Shown here piece by piece: positions 13,450-25,649 of a DNA stretch of 64,000 bases; within the stretch, counting starts at the first letter, position 1; each line of letters opens with the position of its first letter. Both the position numbers and the translations under genes were made by a program. This DNA is from Cycas panzhihuaensis (taxonomy: Eukaryota > Plantae > Cycadophyta). The DNA lies in the NCBI GenBank assembly GCA_023213395.1, contig CM041465.1:34169741-34233740 (forward strand), written 5' to 3'. The notes under the pieces were generated by a model. That model saw only the letters and a program-made list of their open reading frames with translations, was not told the origin of the DNA and did not search any database.

Positions 13450-15200
13450 AATGTAATTTGCACCAGGTCAGGCAATAGTTGCTGGAATTCAGATTCCCTG
13501 CAATTGACAATGATCTACTATGATTGTAACGTCTCAAAGTGCATCTAGCTATGCCAATGTTGGTTTCTCTCCTTTATGTAACTTTGAGATTTCTTCCTTT
13601 TCTTCATTGTGCATCTTTTCCATTCTTATTAAATCCTAGCACAAATGATAAATTCTTGACAAAAATCTATTTATGTGTTGCGCTTCCTTCTCAATCTCTA
13701 ATATCCATGCATCTAGCTTAAGAATTACATCCTATAATCCTAGAAGAATCTCCTATTGGAAGCGGCTTTTAAATTCTTGTACCTTCGAAGAAATCTCATT
13801 TGTATTCTTGACCCACAAGATAAATTCCTTTAAAAATACTAATTGAGCTTCTGTTGCTGCCAATATATCGTCTAGATTTTAAATTCTTTGCATATCTAGC
13901 GGTGGTCTTGAATTCCTTTGCTCCAACTTTGTTACCAGTTGCCTTGTCACCCTTGCCAAAAAGGAAGTTTTCCATTGAGAAACATCCTATGGATCATAAT
14001 GTAATGGATCCAAGCCCTCCTCCAGGTAGTCTTTTGACTGATTGAATTCTACCTCTACTAGTTAATTGTTCAATACCTCTAAAATTTCTTGTTATCTCTT
14101 TTCTACTGCCTGCTTCCTCCTTTTCTAATTTTCTTCTTCTTCACACTTCAAGGGCTCAACTGTCTTGGCTTCTTCTATTCTAGTTCCTTTATGACAGGCT
14201 CTTCTTCTACCTTTCACTTCCCCTCCCTTATTTTTGCCTTTAATTTCTTCTTTTCTCTTTGCTTCCCTGCTGGGTTTTATAATATTTCTTCTATTCATGG
14301 CTTCTTTTCCACTTCTTCTTGCACTTTTAGGCCTCGGTGGAGAGTGTTAACTTGCCAACATGCCTGAATCTAGGTAGTAACTTATTTATGTAGTTTTTCT
14401 TGTTGTGATGCACCCCTTTCATGATCCCTTGAGTAGAATTCTGTCCACTTAGCCAGAAGAGGTTGTCCTTCTTCCACCATTGGTAACTAAATTCCTAGGC
14501 ACTATGAAAAAAGAAAACCTTGAAATAAAGTGGGATAAAGAAATAGGACAGATTGAATGGCACCTCTCACTACTTCCCAATTCTATGAGAACTTGGCAGC
14601 GACAAACTTGGCCCAATTGAAATTCTGGCCTTCGGTAACATTGATCAACATCATTCAGAGAGGGGTTGGTATAAATGAATTTTTTTGGCCAAGAATAATA
14701 CTTGTGAATACAAAATAGGTAATCCAATGCATTTCCTTTGGCGAAATGACTAAAATCTAAATTCGTGAAGAAGAAACATCCAACTCTTTGGCTCTAATCT
14801 CCTGAGCAACTTATTCCTGAGATATCTGCTTGTCCTTGGGGATATCTGGGCCTTCGTTTGGTAATCTAGTTACTCTTGTGATTGCATTTGTCAAGCAATC
14901 TAATAGAGATGGTTACCACATTACTAGCACCATGGTCGTTGATAGAAAACTGCATACATTCGGAAGCACTCCAACCAATACATACCGATCGAGGCCTGCA
15001 ATGGTCATTTTTTTCCTACACTCATCTTCTAGTTTTATTTCATGCCACTATCTCTGAATTTGTTCATCCTCAAATTCTCGAAAGATAGCTATCATCCTCT
15101 GCCATTCTGTTGCCATCACTTACTTCCTCGGCTTTTCCTTCTCTGAGTAGTTCCTTGTTCTCCCATTCTTGCCTTAATAATTGCTCATGGCTCATGCATT
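13450..15200 (-). pseudogene. Degenerate accessory ORF of E1, between integrase and PPT
   Basis: Minus frame gives EDECRKKMTIAGLDRYV..AITRVTRLPNEG followed by an E/K-rich tract. Homologous to E2 46700-48310. Boundaries approximate. Confidence 0.65.
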
Positions 15201-18200
15201 AATTTAGCTCATCGCCTTCCTATCTTGTCACAATCATGGAAAGGCAATCATTTAAGATTACGATCACATTCCTTAATAATAATCACCTTTTTAATTCTCA
15301 TGTGAATTTAATGACCCTATCACATTAAGATCTTTTAATAATGACCTTAACTTTGCATTTAATTATGATCACTTTTAAATTATTTGCCACATTTGTCTTT
15401 AAAGGTCACCATTTATGAGGTCGTTATTCATTCTCCCATGATCATCTCTTCATGATGGCACAATTACTACCCTATATTTTGCATCATTTTTGTTTTTAAA
15501 TCTCAAGGTATAAGGCTTCAGCCTACTACCATTCACCATCTTTGTTAATATTCTACCATTAAGATATATAAGTTGGACTACTCCATTCGCACCTATATGT
15601 ATTACCTTGTATGGTCCCAACCAGCGCAGCTTCAACTTCCCTAGTTTTGTATGAAATTTACTATTGTACATCAGTACTAAGTCATCCTCTTGAAATTACG
15701 GTGTTCTTATGTGTTAGTCATGTTAGACTTTCCATTATTATTTCTCTGTTTGTAATTCCCACAATGCTCGTGTCCTTTTTCCATCCAACTTAAATAATTC
15801 CATAGTTCGTAAGTTCCATGAGTCTTGTTCATTCATTCTCAACTGTGATACCACTCGAAAATTTTCCAATTAGAATTCTAATAGAAGTGCTACTTCTAGT
15901 CCATACATCAATTGAAAGGGTCTCTATTTATGTGGTCACTTGATCGTTGTCCTATCGACCCAAAGAATATAATGTAAACATTTTGCTCAATCTATTCTTC
16001 CTTTGCTGCATATTTTTGATAGGGCAATCTTCAAAATTTTATTAGTACTTTCTATCTGACCATTTTCTCTAGGGTAGTAAGGGGAAGAATGAAAATGTTG
16101 GATCATAAATTCATTAGTTAACTCTTTTATAGTACTATTTAAAAATCTACTACCTTGATCTGATACCAATTCTAATGGGTAACCAAAACAGATAATAATG
16201 TCTTCATATAAAAATTTTATAGTACTTCTTGTATCGTAATGTCCAAAGGGTCCAGCTTCGGTCTATTTTATGAAAAAGTCTATGACTACTAATATATATC
16301 TTGCATTTGTTTGTTTTGTTGGGGGACTTATTAGTTCAATGAAGTCTAACCCCTATTTTTCAAAAGGTGCCTATGTTAAAATTAGATGTAGAGGCATAAA
16401 ATGATTCTTGCTTAGCTTACCCACCTGTTAGCACGCATCGCATCCTTTTATCCATTTTTTCGTATCCTCGAATATTGATAGCCACCAAAAGCTTGCCAGT
16501 AGGATTTTTCTGACTATCGGTTCAACTCCTTGGTGCTTGGCCATGACCCCTTTATGTGCTTCTCACAAGATGACTTACACCTCATGCTCCATTATGCAAC
16601 ATTATAACACACCATCTGAACCTAATTTGTATAGCATCCCTTGTACCAATTGGAATGGAAAAGTTTTATGAAGAAAACTTTATCGTTCAACTCTCTCTAG
16701 CCATTTCATTGTCTATCCAGTGGCTAGGTATTTCACAATCCCTTCATACCATTTTGATATAGCCTTTATAGACAACAATTGTGTATCTGGAAAGTCATCT
16801 GGTACTCTTGTGGCTAGTTCCCCTTCCACTTCCCTTTAAAGCATATATGGTATCGTATGTTTGTCGCCTTTTTTAACTATAATTTTGAAATTAAATTCTT
16901 GAAATGACATCACCCACCTTCTAATTCTTCCTTACAAAATAGGCTTAGTTATTAAGTATTTCAAATCTTAATGATCTACATAATAAATGAGCAGGTTAGC
17001 TAGCAAATAATGCCTAAACTTTTGTAGGGTGTAAACCATGCCTAGACCTTCTGGCTCTATAATTGAATAATTTCATTTAGCATGGGTTAAGTTTTTGTTG
17101 GCAAAGTGGATAGGCAAATCCACATTGTTATTACTAGGTTTCATTAGAATACATCCTATTTCCATCAAGGAAGAATCAACATGAATATAAAATGGTTGAT
17201 CCCAATCTAGAAATCTTAAGGTAAGGGCTTCAACATTTTTTTTTTTAGCACTTTGAATGCTAGTTATTGTTGTAAATTCCATTCTCAGGCTACTTTTTTC
17301 TTGAGCAATTTTTCTAAGGGATTTACAATTTGTGCATATCCTTTAATAAATTTCCAATAGTACGCTATCATACCTAAAAAGGCATTCATCTGCTTCACTA
17401 TTTTAGGGACTCAAAATTTTAGAATTATTGTTACTTTAACTAGATCTGTCCGTAGACCATCCTTGCTTACAATATGCCCTAAAAGAGATCTAAATAGAAC
17501 TAAAAACATACATTTTGCCAAGTTTCAACAAAGCTTACTCTTCTGGAACATCTCCAACATTACTTTCAAATTTACCAGTTGATTCTTTAGCAATGAATAC
17601 AGTGTCTAATCATCTAAGAAAACTTCAATGGACTTACCAATTGCATGCTAGAAAATGTTTATAATAATTCTCTAAAAGGTAGCTGGTGTATTTATTAAAC
17701 CAAAGGGCATTACCCCGTATGAATATATCCCCCGTTCGGTGATAAAGGTTGTCTTCAACTGATCTTGCTCCATAATTCTCAGATGGTTATGTCTATTGAA
17801 TCCATCCATGAATGAGTAGACTTCATAACTTGCTACCTTTTCTGGAATATCCTTTGTGAATGGTATTCGAAATGGGTCTCTTTTTGTTGCTTTATTAAGG
17901 ACTCTGTAATCCATATAAACACAAAGCTTCCAGTTCTTTGTGGGTACCACCACTACTAGGCTTACCCATTCACTGGTTTCAACTTTAAAAATATATCCAA
18001 CTTCCAATAATTTGTCCAATTCTGCTTTCAACTTTTCCTTATATTTTAGATTCATCTGATAAGGATGGTGGCGAACTGGTTTCGTTCCCTCTATTAACTT
18101 GATTCGATGTTCTCCCAGTTCTAGTGGTATCCCTTTTAAGTCCTGATAAACATCTTTATATTCCAAAAACAAACTTATGGCATGTTGTGTAATCTCCTTA

Positions 18201-21200
18201 TCCTAATATACTCCTATTGGGATTAATTGGGGATGTTCTTTCATGCCTACATCTATCTATTGTATCTTCAATTGTTTGCTCTGTATTGCCTTGCCATCTT
18301 AATTCAACATATATGCTAGTGTTTTCTCGATTACTCTGTTCCCATACTCTATGTTAGAATATTCCTCAGGAAATTCACCACCTTTTTGTTCTACTTCAAT
18401 TTGATTACAACTTAACTCAATTCCTATTTCAGAGGTGTTTATCTAGGAATCATCAATATCTCGAAGTGTGGACAAGTTACTATCTTGGTTTTGAAATCTT
18501 AATAAAAACTTTTGCACAATTCATTCCATGATCTAAACTTACTACTATTAATCAAGAACCATGCTGCAACTTGACCCTTAAGTGACAATGCAAACAAATA
18601 ACAAAAATATTGATGTTGATTATTATTTGTTAACAATTAATTATAATAGTTTATATGATTTTTGGCCTAATCTGCTTATCCCTAGAACTTTCTTCTGTTA
18701 TTAAATTTTTCCTCTAGTCTTAGTATGCTCTATGATGCTTCTTTTCCTGTTACGTCATTTGATTCTGAAGAATTCATACATGCTTCTAACTTATAGCATG
18801 AAGCAAATTCTATCTTTACCTAAGTGTTCTACAGCCAATTCATCATATATGTTGATGATGCATTACTTGCTACATTTGTTTAAAGTTAATATACCACTTT
18901 CGAGCATGGGCTTATAATGGGTTTTGATCCCATAGTTGTGGATGAAGCTCATTCTTCATTAGCTATCTTCTCCATCTGAGGCCCATCCAAGCATAATAGC
19001 AAGGTCACCGCTTTATTTTTGGCTTTTAGTATGAATGTGAATCCCCCTGGTCTTGAATTGCTTTTGTTGCCAGTAACCACGTCTCCCTAGTAATGCGGGA
19101 TGCATTCTTTTTTCATTTTGCATTTGCACCACTGCAAAATCTAATAAAACAATGATTCCTATAACCGTGGTTGGAACATTCATTAATGTTCCCATTGGTC
19201 TTACTTGCAACTAGTTGGATGGTCTAATTAAATAGTCCAGGGCTACTGTTTCTAGCCTTTCTAATTCTATCCAAGAAGACTTAGGGAGCACATTGACTCC
19301 TGATCCTCCATCCACAATTATTTTATATAACATTGTGCCAAAAATGATCATTGGCACTCTTGGATCGACCCCTTTTTCTTTAATAGCTATCATGACGGGT
19401 TTTTCTATCTAATCTAAAATCAATTACTGAAAATAGCCAACTTCCCACAATTTAAATACTACCACAATAGGAATTGAGACCCCTAACTTAATCAATAAAT
19501 CCTTAACCATCTAAAGCCTTGACCATGGATTCATGCCTTCCTTTGATTGAATTTTTGTAGGGGACATCTATCGCTTATATATTTGTCCTTTCATTCTTCT
19601 TGATGAGCTTCTTCTTGATGTACTTTACCCATTATATCTTGTAAGATTTTGACAGATTCTTGGAGTCTCTACTTTTCTACTACTAGATCCAAAAAGGTAT
19701 CCTAGATAGGTGTGGAGGTTGTCTTTCTATTTCACATTTGCAATTGGAGAGGCACTTCCTTATCTAGAATTATTGAGGCCAAATTCGTATTTTGCATGTT
19801 ATTCTTTGGACAATTTATCCACTCATAGTCTATCGATCCACATTCTTCACAAATGAATTCTCCATCCTTTTTTTCTAATGGGTAGTTTGATCTTAAATGA
19901 CACCATTTTTTACATAAAAAATATCTGACTAACTTGGTATTTCCTTTATATTACTTTTTTGTTTTCTTTAGCTTTTATAGGAATACATTATGGATATCAT
20001 TCTTAGGACAAGAAAAACACTCCCACTTATTGTGCTTTGTTTTCTTACAATACTCGCATCATGCTGGTGTTTTATTATGTTTGTTCCTCAGATGCCCTTA
20101 TTAGTTACATGGTGATAAACACCATATATTTTCTCATGATTTTTTTAGATGCAACTTGGCAAGTTCTGAACATAAATTCTCCATCTCTTGATTTTGGTAC
20201 ATATTAGCCAGGTTTGCCACTGATGGTTGTTGTTTTAATGCTTCCACTTCCCTTCTTAACACCTTGATCTCTGGATTTATTCTTGTTTGATAATGTGCCC
20301 CCCATACTCGCTGAGAAAGAATTGGACCCATTTTCCCTATCTGTTGATTGGCCCATTGAGAGTATGTAGTCTTCATTTGATTTTCAAACTTCAAAGCTAA
20401 CCCACGTATTTGTTCGTAGCTATTCATCGGATGCAACAAAATTTTATCTCTCAATTATAGAATTAGTCCTTGCACAAAATATTTCATTGTTAGCATTGGG
20501 CTAATTGCTGTTATTGGCTACATTTTACTCATTATTATCTACATACGTCTATCAAAATTATTTACAGATTCTCTAGGATACTATTTTGTTTCTTCTAGGG
20601 CTTCGAAAATGGCCATGGGATCTCTTAATTTTTGGAATCAATCTAGAAATTGATCTTGTATTCTATCCCATTATAGATTATGTGCTGCAACATACCAGAA
20701 CCATGCAACTGCTACTCCCCGTAAGGTGGAAAAGAAATAAGCTTTTGTCTCCTTTGGGTTTGTAACTTTCTTTATCTTTAACATATTTTTAAACAATTCT
20801 AAATGATCTCCAGGTTCTGTTGATCTATCAAATTGTATGCTCAAGAATGTAAAATCATTTTGCATAATTATGTAGGGACATGTTGATCCAGCTCCACTTC
20901 TTTGGCTCATTCCTTACAATGGTAGATTGCCACTTCCTCCTACATTCGTAAACAACAATTGATTCGATGATGATCCACCATCTCCTTAGTTTCCTCCTGG
21001 TGGTATACTTCCCCCGCCTGTATTTCGATTGGAGCTTTCCATTGTAACTTTGAATAATGGATTCAAAATGTGGCTTAAGGGAGTTCTAACTTCTACCAAA
21101 TGATGGTTCCACTCTTTGTCTATTGTGCTATATAATTCTAGTTCGATCAAACTATTTCTTCTTTCCTGTATTGAGAATTCTTCCATGATTTCTTTATGGA

Positions 21201-21576
21201 TTTCCTTCATCTGATCTTCTACTTTAGGGGGATCCTCTTCCAATGTGTACCCTTGGTTACTTTCTATTTTGATTATCTTTTCTCTGATAGACTCCTCCAA
21301 TATTTTCACCTCAGTTCGCCTTTCCTCCTCCTTACTTGACTTTTTTCTTGAACTTGAGCTAACAAGTGGTCACATTTTCACTTGCTTCCTTGGCGTAATT
21401 ACAAATCTTAGCTTTCTTACTCTACCCTAGAGTCTATCATTCTCCAAATGCTTTTCACATTCTTTTTATGATTCTTTTTCTACCTTGGATGGCATGGAAG
21501 AGGTTTCATTATTTACTTGGCTCTATCCATCATAATATCGCTGAGTCCTCCAGATTTCATTAGACAATGGAACCAA

Positions 21577-22384
21577 TGTGTGTCGTGCACCTATCCATTA
21601 CATCATTGCTCTTAATGAATTATGCAAGCACAATGGACAACTAATATAATGCAAAACATAATATCATTACAATAGGGAATTGCACTTGGTCCTTTCCTAA
21701 CTAGACACAGACTTGGTAGTACACTGAAAATTAACGATTAAACCAACTTACACCGAGATTGGAATTAATTTTAAAAGGCATCTTAGCTGACTACCTAGTG
21801 TTGTATACAATACCATATATCTCATTCTTTCCATTTTCCCCTTAAATAACATGATTCCCAATGGTATCAACTATAATAAGTTACAACGGGTATAATAGTA
21901 AATTTTCGTATGTTTAAAAACATAAGTTATTTATAACAATATTCTTTAGTGGGTTGTGATCTATTTGCAATCTTGACTTAAATCATGATCTGCTCATGAT
22001 CTTAACTTCAACTACGATCTACTCATGATCACAGCTCCAACCACAATCTACTCGCAATCTCGTCCTGGACTATGATCTGCTCGTGATCTCGGCCTGAACC
22101 ACGATCTGCTCGTGATCTCATCCCAAACCACAATCTTCTCACAATCTCAACCCAAACCTTGATCTCCTCGTAATGTCTACCTAAATCATGATTTGCTCAT
22201 AATGTCTACTCAAATTGGGATATGCTTGCAATGTCTACCCAAATTGCGATATGCTCACAATCTAACCAAACTGCAATCTACTCATAATCTGATCGGATTG
22301 CAATTTGCTTGTTGTCCTGACTATTCACCACGATCTAATCGTAAAAGTCTTTATAAAATTGTGTGTTCCTTTTGCCCCCCCACA
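21577..22384 (-). repeat. 5' LTR of E1
   Basis: Matches 12394-13309 with fewer 29-bp units. PBS immediately downstream on the minus strand. Confidence 0.92.
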
Positions 22385-22389
22385 CGCAT

Positions 22390-24258
22390 ATTATGTGTAT
22401 ATTGAAGGCATTGGAGTAATGTTAATGTATAATAGAAAAGTAGTTTTCTATTAATTAAGGAAGCTAAAAGATCATGAAAAGAACTATCATATGCATAACT
22501 TAAGCTTGTAATTATTATTCATGTATTAAAGGCATGGTGGCATCATTTTCTTAAAAATCCATTCAAGATAAACACAAATCATGATAGCTTGAAGGACGTC
22601 TTCACATAGCCACAATTGAATGTGAAGTAGAGGAAATGGATGGAGTCCAATATGAGTATAATTTGCAAGTACAACATATTAAAGGAAAAGAGAACAAAGT
22701 AATTGATACACTTAGCTGAAGGAGGCATGTTGCTTCAATAAGCATCAATGAATCAAATTCAAAGGTAACCATAAGGCAAAAGTTGTTTAATGATGAATGC
22801 TATAATGAAGTGTAGGATTTCTTAAAGAGGAAAAATGAATCAAGACCAATAGATGCTAAACTACTACATAAGTTTGGGGGATACAAAATAATAGATGATG
22901 GGTTTCTCATGTTTCAAAATCAAATCTAAATGCCCATAGGCATGGGAATTTAGACAATCGTCATAAAAAAGACTCATGTACCATATGCAAGTCATCTAGG
23001 TTACCAAAAAATATATGTAGTAACCGAAAAGCATTACTTTTGGGCTGGTATAAAAATGATACTGTGAATTATGTTGCAAAATATTTACAATATTAGAAGG
23101 TCAAAATTGAACACAAACATTCAATAGGTTTTAGACAACCATTAGACATTCCATAATGGAAATGGAAAACTATATCTATATATTTTATTACAGAATTGCC
23201 TAAGAATTTAGGGAAGCATGATTCAATCATGGTAGTTATGGATAACTTAACTAAGTCTACACATTTCATTCCAGTTTGTACTACTCACATAAACTCTGAC
23301 ATAACTATAACTTTTATAAAAGAGATTGCAAGGATGTATAGCATTCCAAAGGCCATCGTTTCAAATAGGCATACAAAGTTAACTTTAAAGTTTTAGTGCA
23401 CCTTATTTTTAGAGTTGGGAACCGAGTTAAACTTTAACATTAAGTGCCATCCCAAATCCAATGGACAAGTTGAAAGGGTAAATTAGGTTCTTGAAAACAT
23501 GCATCGCATGTACATAATAGAATAATTGTTCAAGTAGTAAGCTTATTGTATTTTGTGAAATTTGTATATAGCAACACCTACTACTCTTTGTTAAGCATGA
23601 GCGCTTCTGAGGCATTGTATGGGTGGCCATGTAGTGTGTCACTCAACTAGAAAATTTTGGAAGATGACCCTGTGATTTGCCTTGACATGCTTAAAAAAAT
23701 AGAGTGACAAGTGGTCAACATTTAGAAACACTTGAAAGTAGCTTGGATATGTAAAAGAGATATGCAGACATGAAAGGATCAATGGAGGAGTATAGTGTTG
23801 GAGAGCACACTTTTCTACGAATCAGACCTAAGTATAATTCACTCAAATTGGGCATTTGTAAAACACTTACAACTAGATATTATAGTCCATTTGAGATCTT
23901 GAAATGGATAAGCTTCTATAGCTTATAGGTTTTCTCTATCTCTAAACTTAAGAATTCATGATGTGTTTCGTATTTCTTTATTAAAAAATATATGCTCGAC
24001 TCTAAACACATCTTTGATTGGACTACCATTGAGATAAGACTAGGTTTTGAGTTTGAACAGGAACCATTGTGAATTCTAGAGGATAAAGAAAAAAGCTTGA
24101 AAAACCATGTCATCAAGTTTATCAAAGTTCTTTAGAAATATTTGACTCCTAGGGAAGCCACACAGAAGCTTAAAGAAGAGATATGACTTATCAACACCTT
24201 TATTTGTTTATAGGAAAATATCACATTAGGAATGATGCTTCTAATAAGGGGAGGGGGA
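22390..24258 (+). mobile_element. Chromoviral Ty3/gypsy continued: RNase H, integrase, chromodomain, PPT
   Basis: RKLKDHEKNY, GKENKVID, integrase ORF 23196-23396 (DSIMVVMDNLTKSTHFIP), chromodomain-like EPL.IL..KVL.K...EAT (~24060-24180), PPT AAGGGGAGGGGGA 24246-24258. Confidence 0.88.
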
Positions 24259-25649
24259 TGCAAAGATCTAACTTCAACAATCATAGATTAGAATTGTATT
24301 TTATAATTTGATTGTATGAATTCCTATTTATTAGAGATGATTTTAATTAGTTTATATTTATTTATGTTATTAGAGTATAACATCCCATTGTAAGATGGAA
24401 GTTTATTCCATACTTTGTTAGGTGTAAGGATGCACCACATTTTTGTTGTTAGTTTTGTAAGATTTTGTCTAAGGTATGAACCTTTATAACTATGTATGAA
24501 TATACAGTAACATTTATAATTATGTAAATTCCTTTAATATTCCTCCCATTAATAGAAGGGAAGCCAAATTACTCAAATAAGATAGTATGGTATCGAAGAG
24601 GATATGATCTAAATGAGGGAGGAATAAAGGGTAGTTATGATAAAACTTTGATTGTAAGTGAGTTTTTACAAAGTCATAGTTTTAAATAAGCTTTAGAGAA
24701 GATGCTTTTCACTATAGGCTAGTTTGTAGGTTGGTTCTTTATTGCAATAGGAGTTTTGGGTGAAGTTTACGATAGTTGGAATTAATAGGGAAGAAGTTTA
24801 TGAATGAAAGCATCTGTGAGCAAAGCATATGGTGAAGTTTTGGGAGTTAGCACTCCGTAGGAAGTTGTCTCACTAGAGGAAACTGTCGAGATGGTTGAAA
24901 TCCACAAAATGCATATTCATGAGAGAGTAAGATGTGAAGAGAACAATAGTCGTTGGATCATTGGATGCTTGGTAGCATTAGATAAACTTTATGATAGAGT
25001 GTTTTGCTTATTCTAAGGAATAAGAGAATGTTGGTAATTAACATAAGTTACAAGGTGAACTTTTGCGGTGATGTATTAGCCATTCAAATGTATAACACCT
25101 TAGGAAAAGAGACAGAGGAGAGGTCAATTAGAGTTACAATTACAGTTAGAGTGGAAAATTAGAGAGAGATGGAGAAGTTGTGAGAGTTGTTGAGAGAGAA
25201 ACATTGAGATAGAGTATGTTATGCACAAAGACTATTTATGTAGGAAATTGTATCTTAGGATATTGCAGAAGTTTCGTAATATATAGTAAAGACAGGAAGA
25301 GATTGACATTTAGTTTTCTTTGTATTGAGCATCTTGAAAGATGGATTCCAAAAGGATAATATAAGACATATTCATTCCTTATTAACCACCATCATTCCAT
25401 ACAAAGGCTTGACTTGGTAGGCATCATGATTGTATTTTTAAACTACTACTTTAGTCTCATTGGACTATTTTATTATGATAAATTGAATGTTTAAAAGGAA
25501 ATTGGGTTGGGTGATTCCCGTTTCCTTTGAGAGTTGAGTGAGCCCCCTCTATATTTATATGAAAGAAAATTGGGCTAATTTTTTTTTCTACTCTATGTTT
25601 GGGATAAGAAATTGGGTTGAGGGGTTTCCCATTCCTCTCCTTATTTGCA
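24259..25649 (+). repeat. Probable 3' LTR of the chromovirus
   Basis: Starts TGCAAA directly after the PPT. Candidate end TTTGCA (6-bp inverted terminus). No second copy in the window to confirm the end. Confidence 0.55.

Larger units (their letters stand above)
12394..22384 (-). mobile_element. Full-length degenerate non-chromoviral Ty3/gypsy element E1
   Basis: LTRs 12394-13309 and 21577-22384. TSD TGCAT/CGCAT. Minus-strand PBS TGGTTCCATTG next to 21577, PPT TGGGGGAGA next to 13309. Gag 20134-21309, protease IVDGGSGVN (19211-19393), RT 17672-18172, RNase H 17073-17282, integrase (VSDQGSRF 15987-16169, RWLGPY 15450-15671). No chromodomain. Confidence 0.95.

Noticed and set aside
21555-21576. 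tRNA gene (minus GGTTCCATTGTCTAATG resembles a tRNA 5' end)
   Set aside because: No cloverleaf or B-box follows, and its position 1 nt from the LTR identifies it as a PBS.
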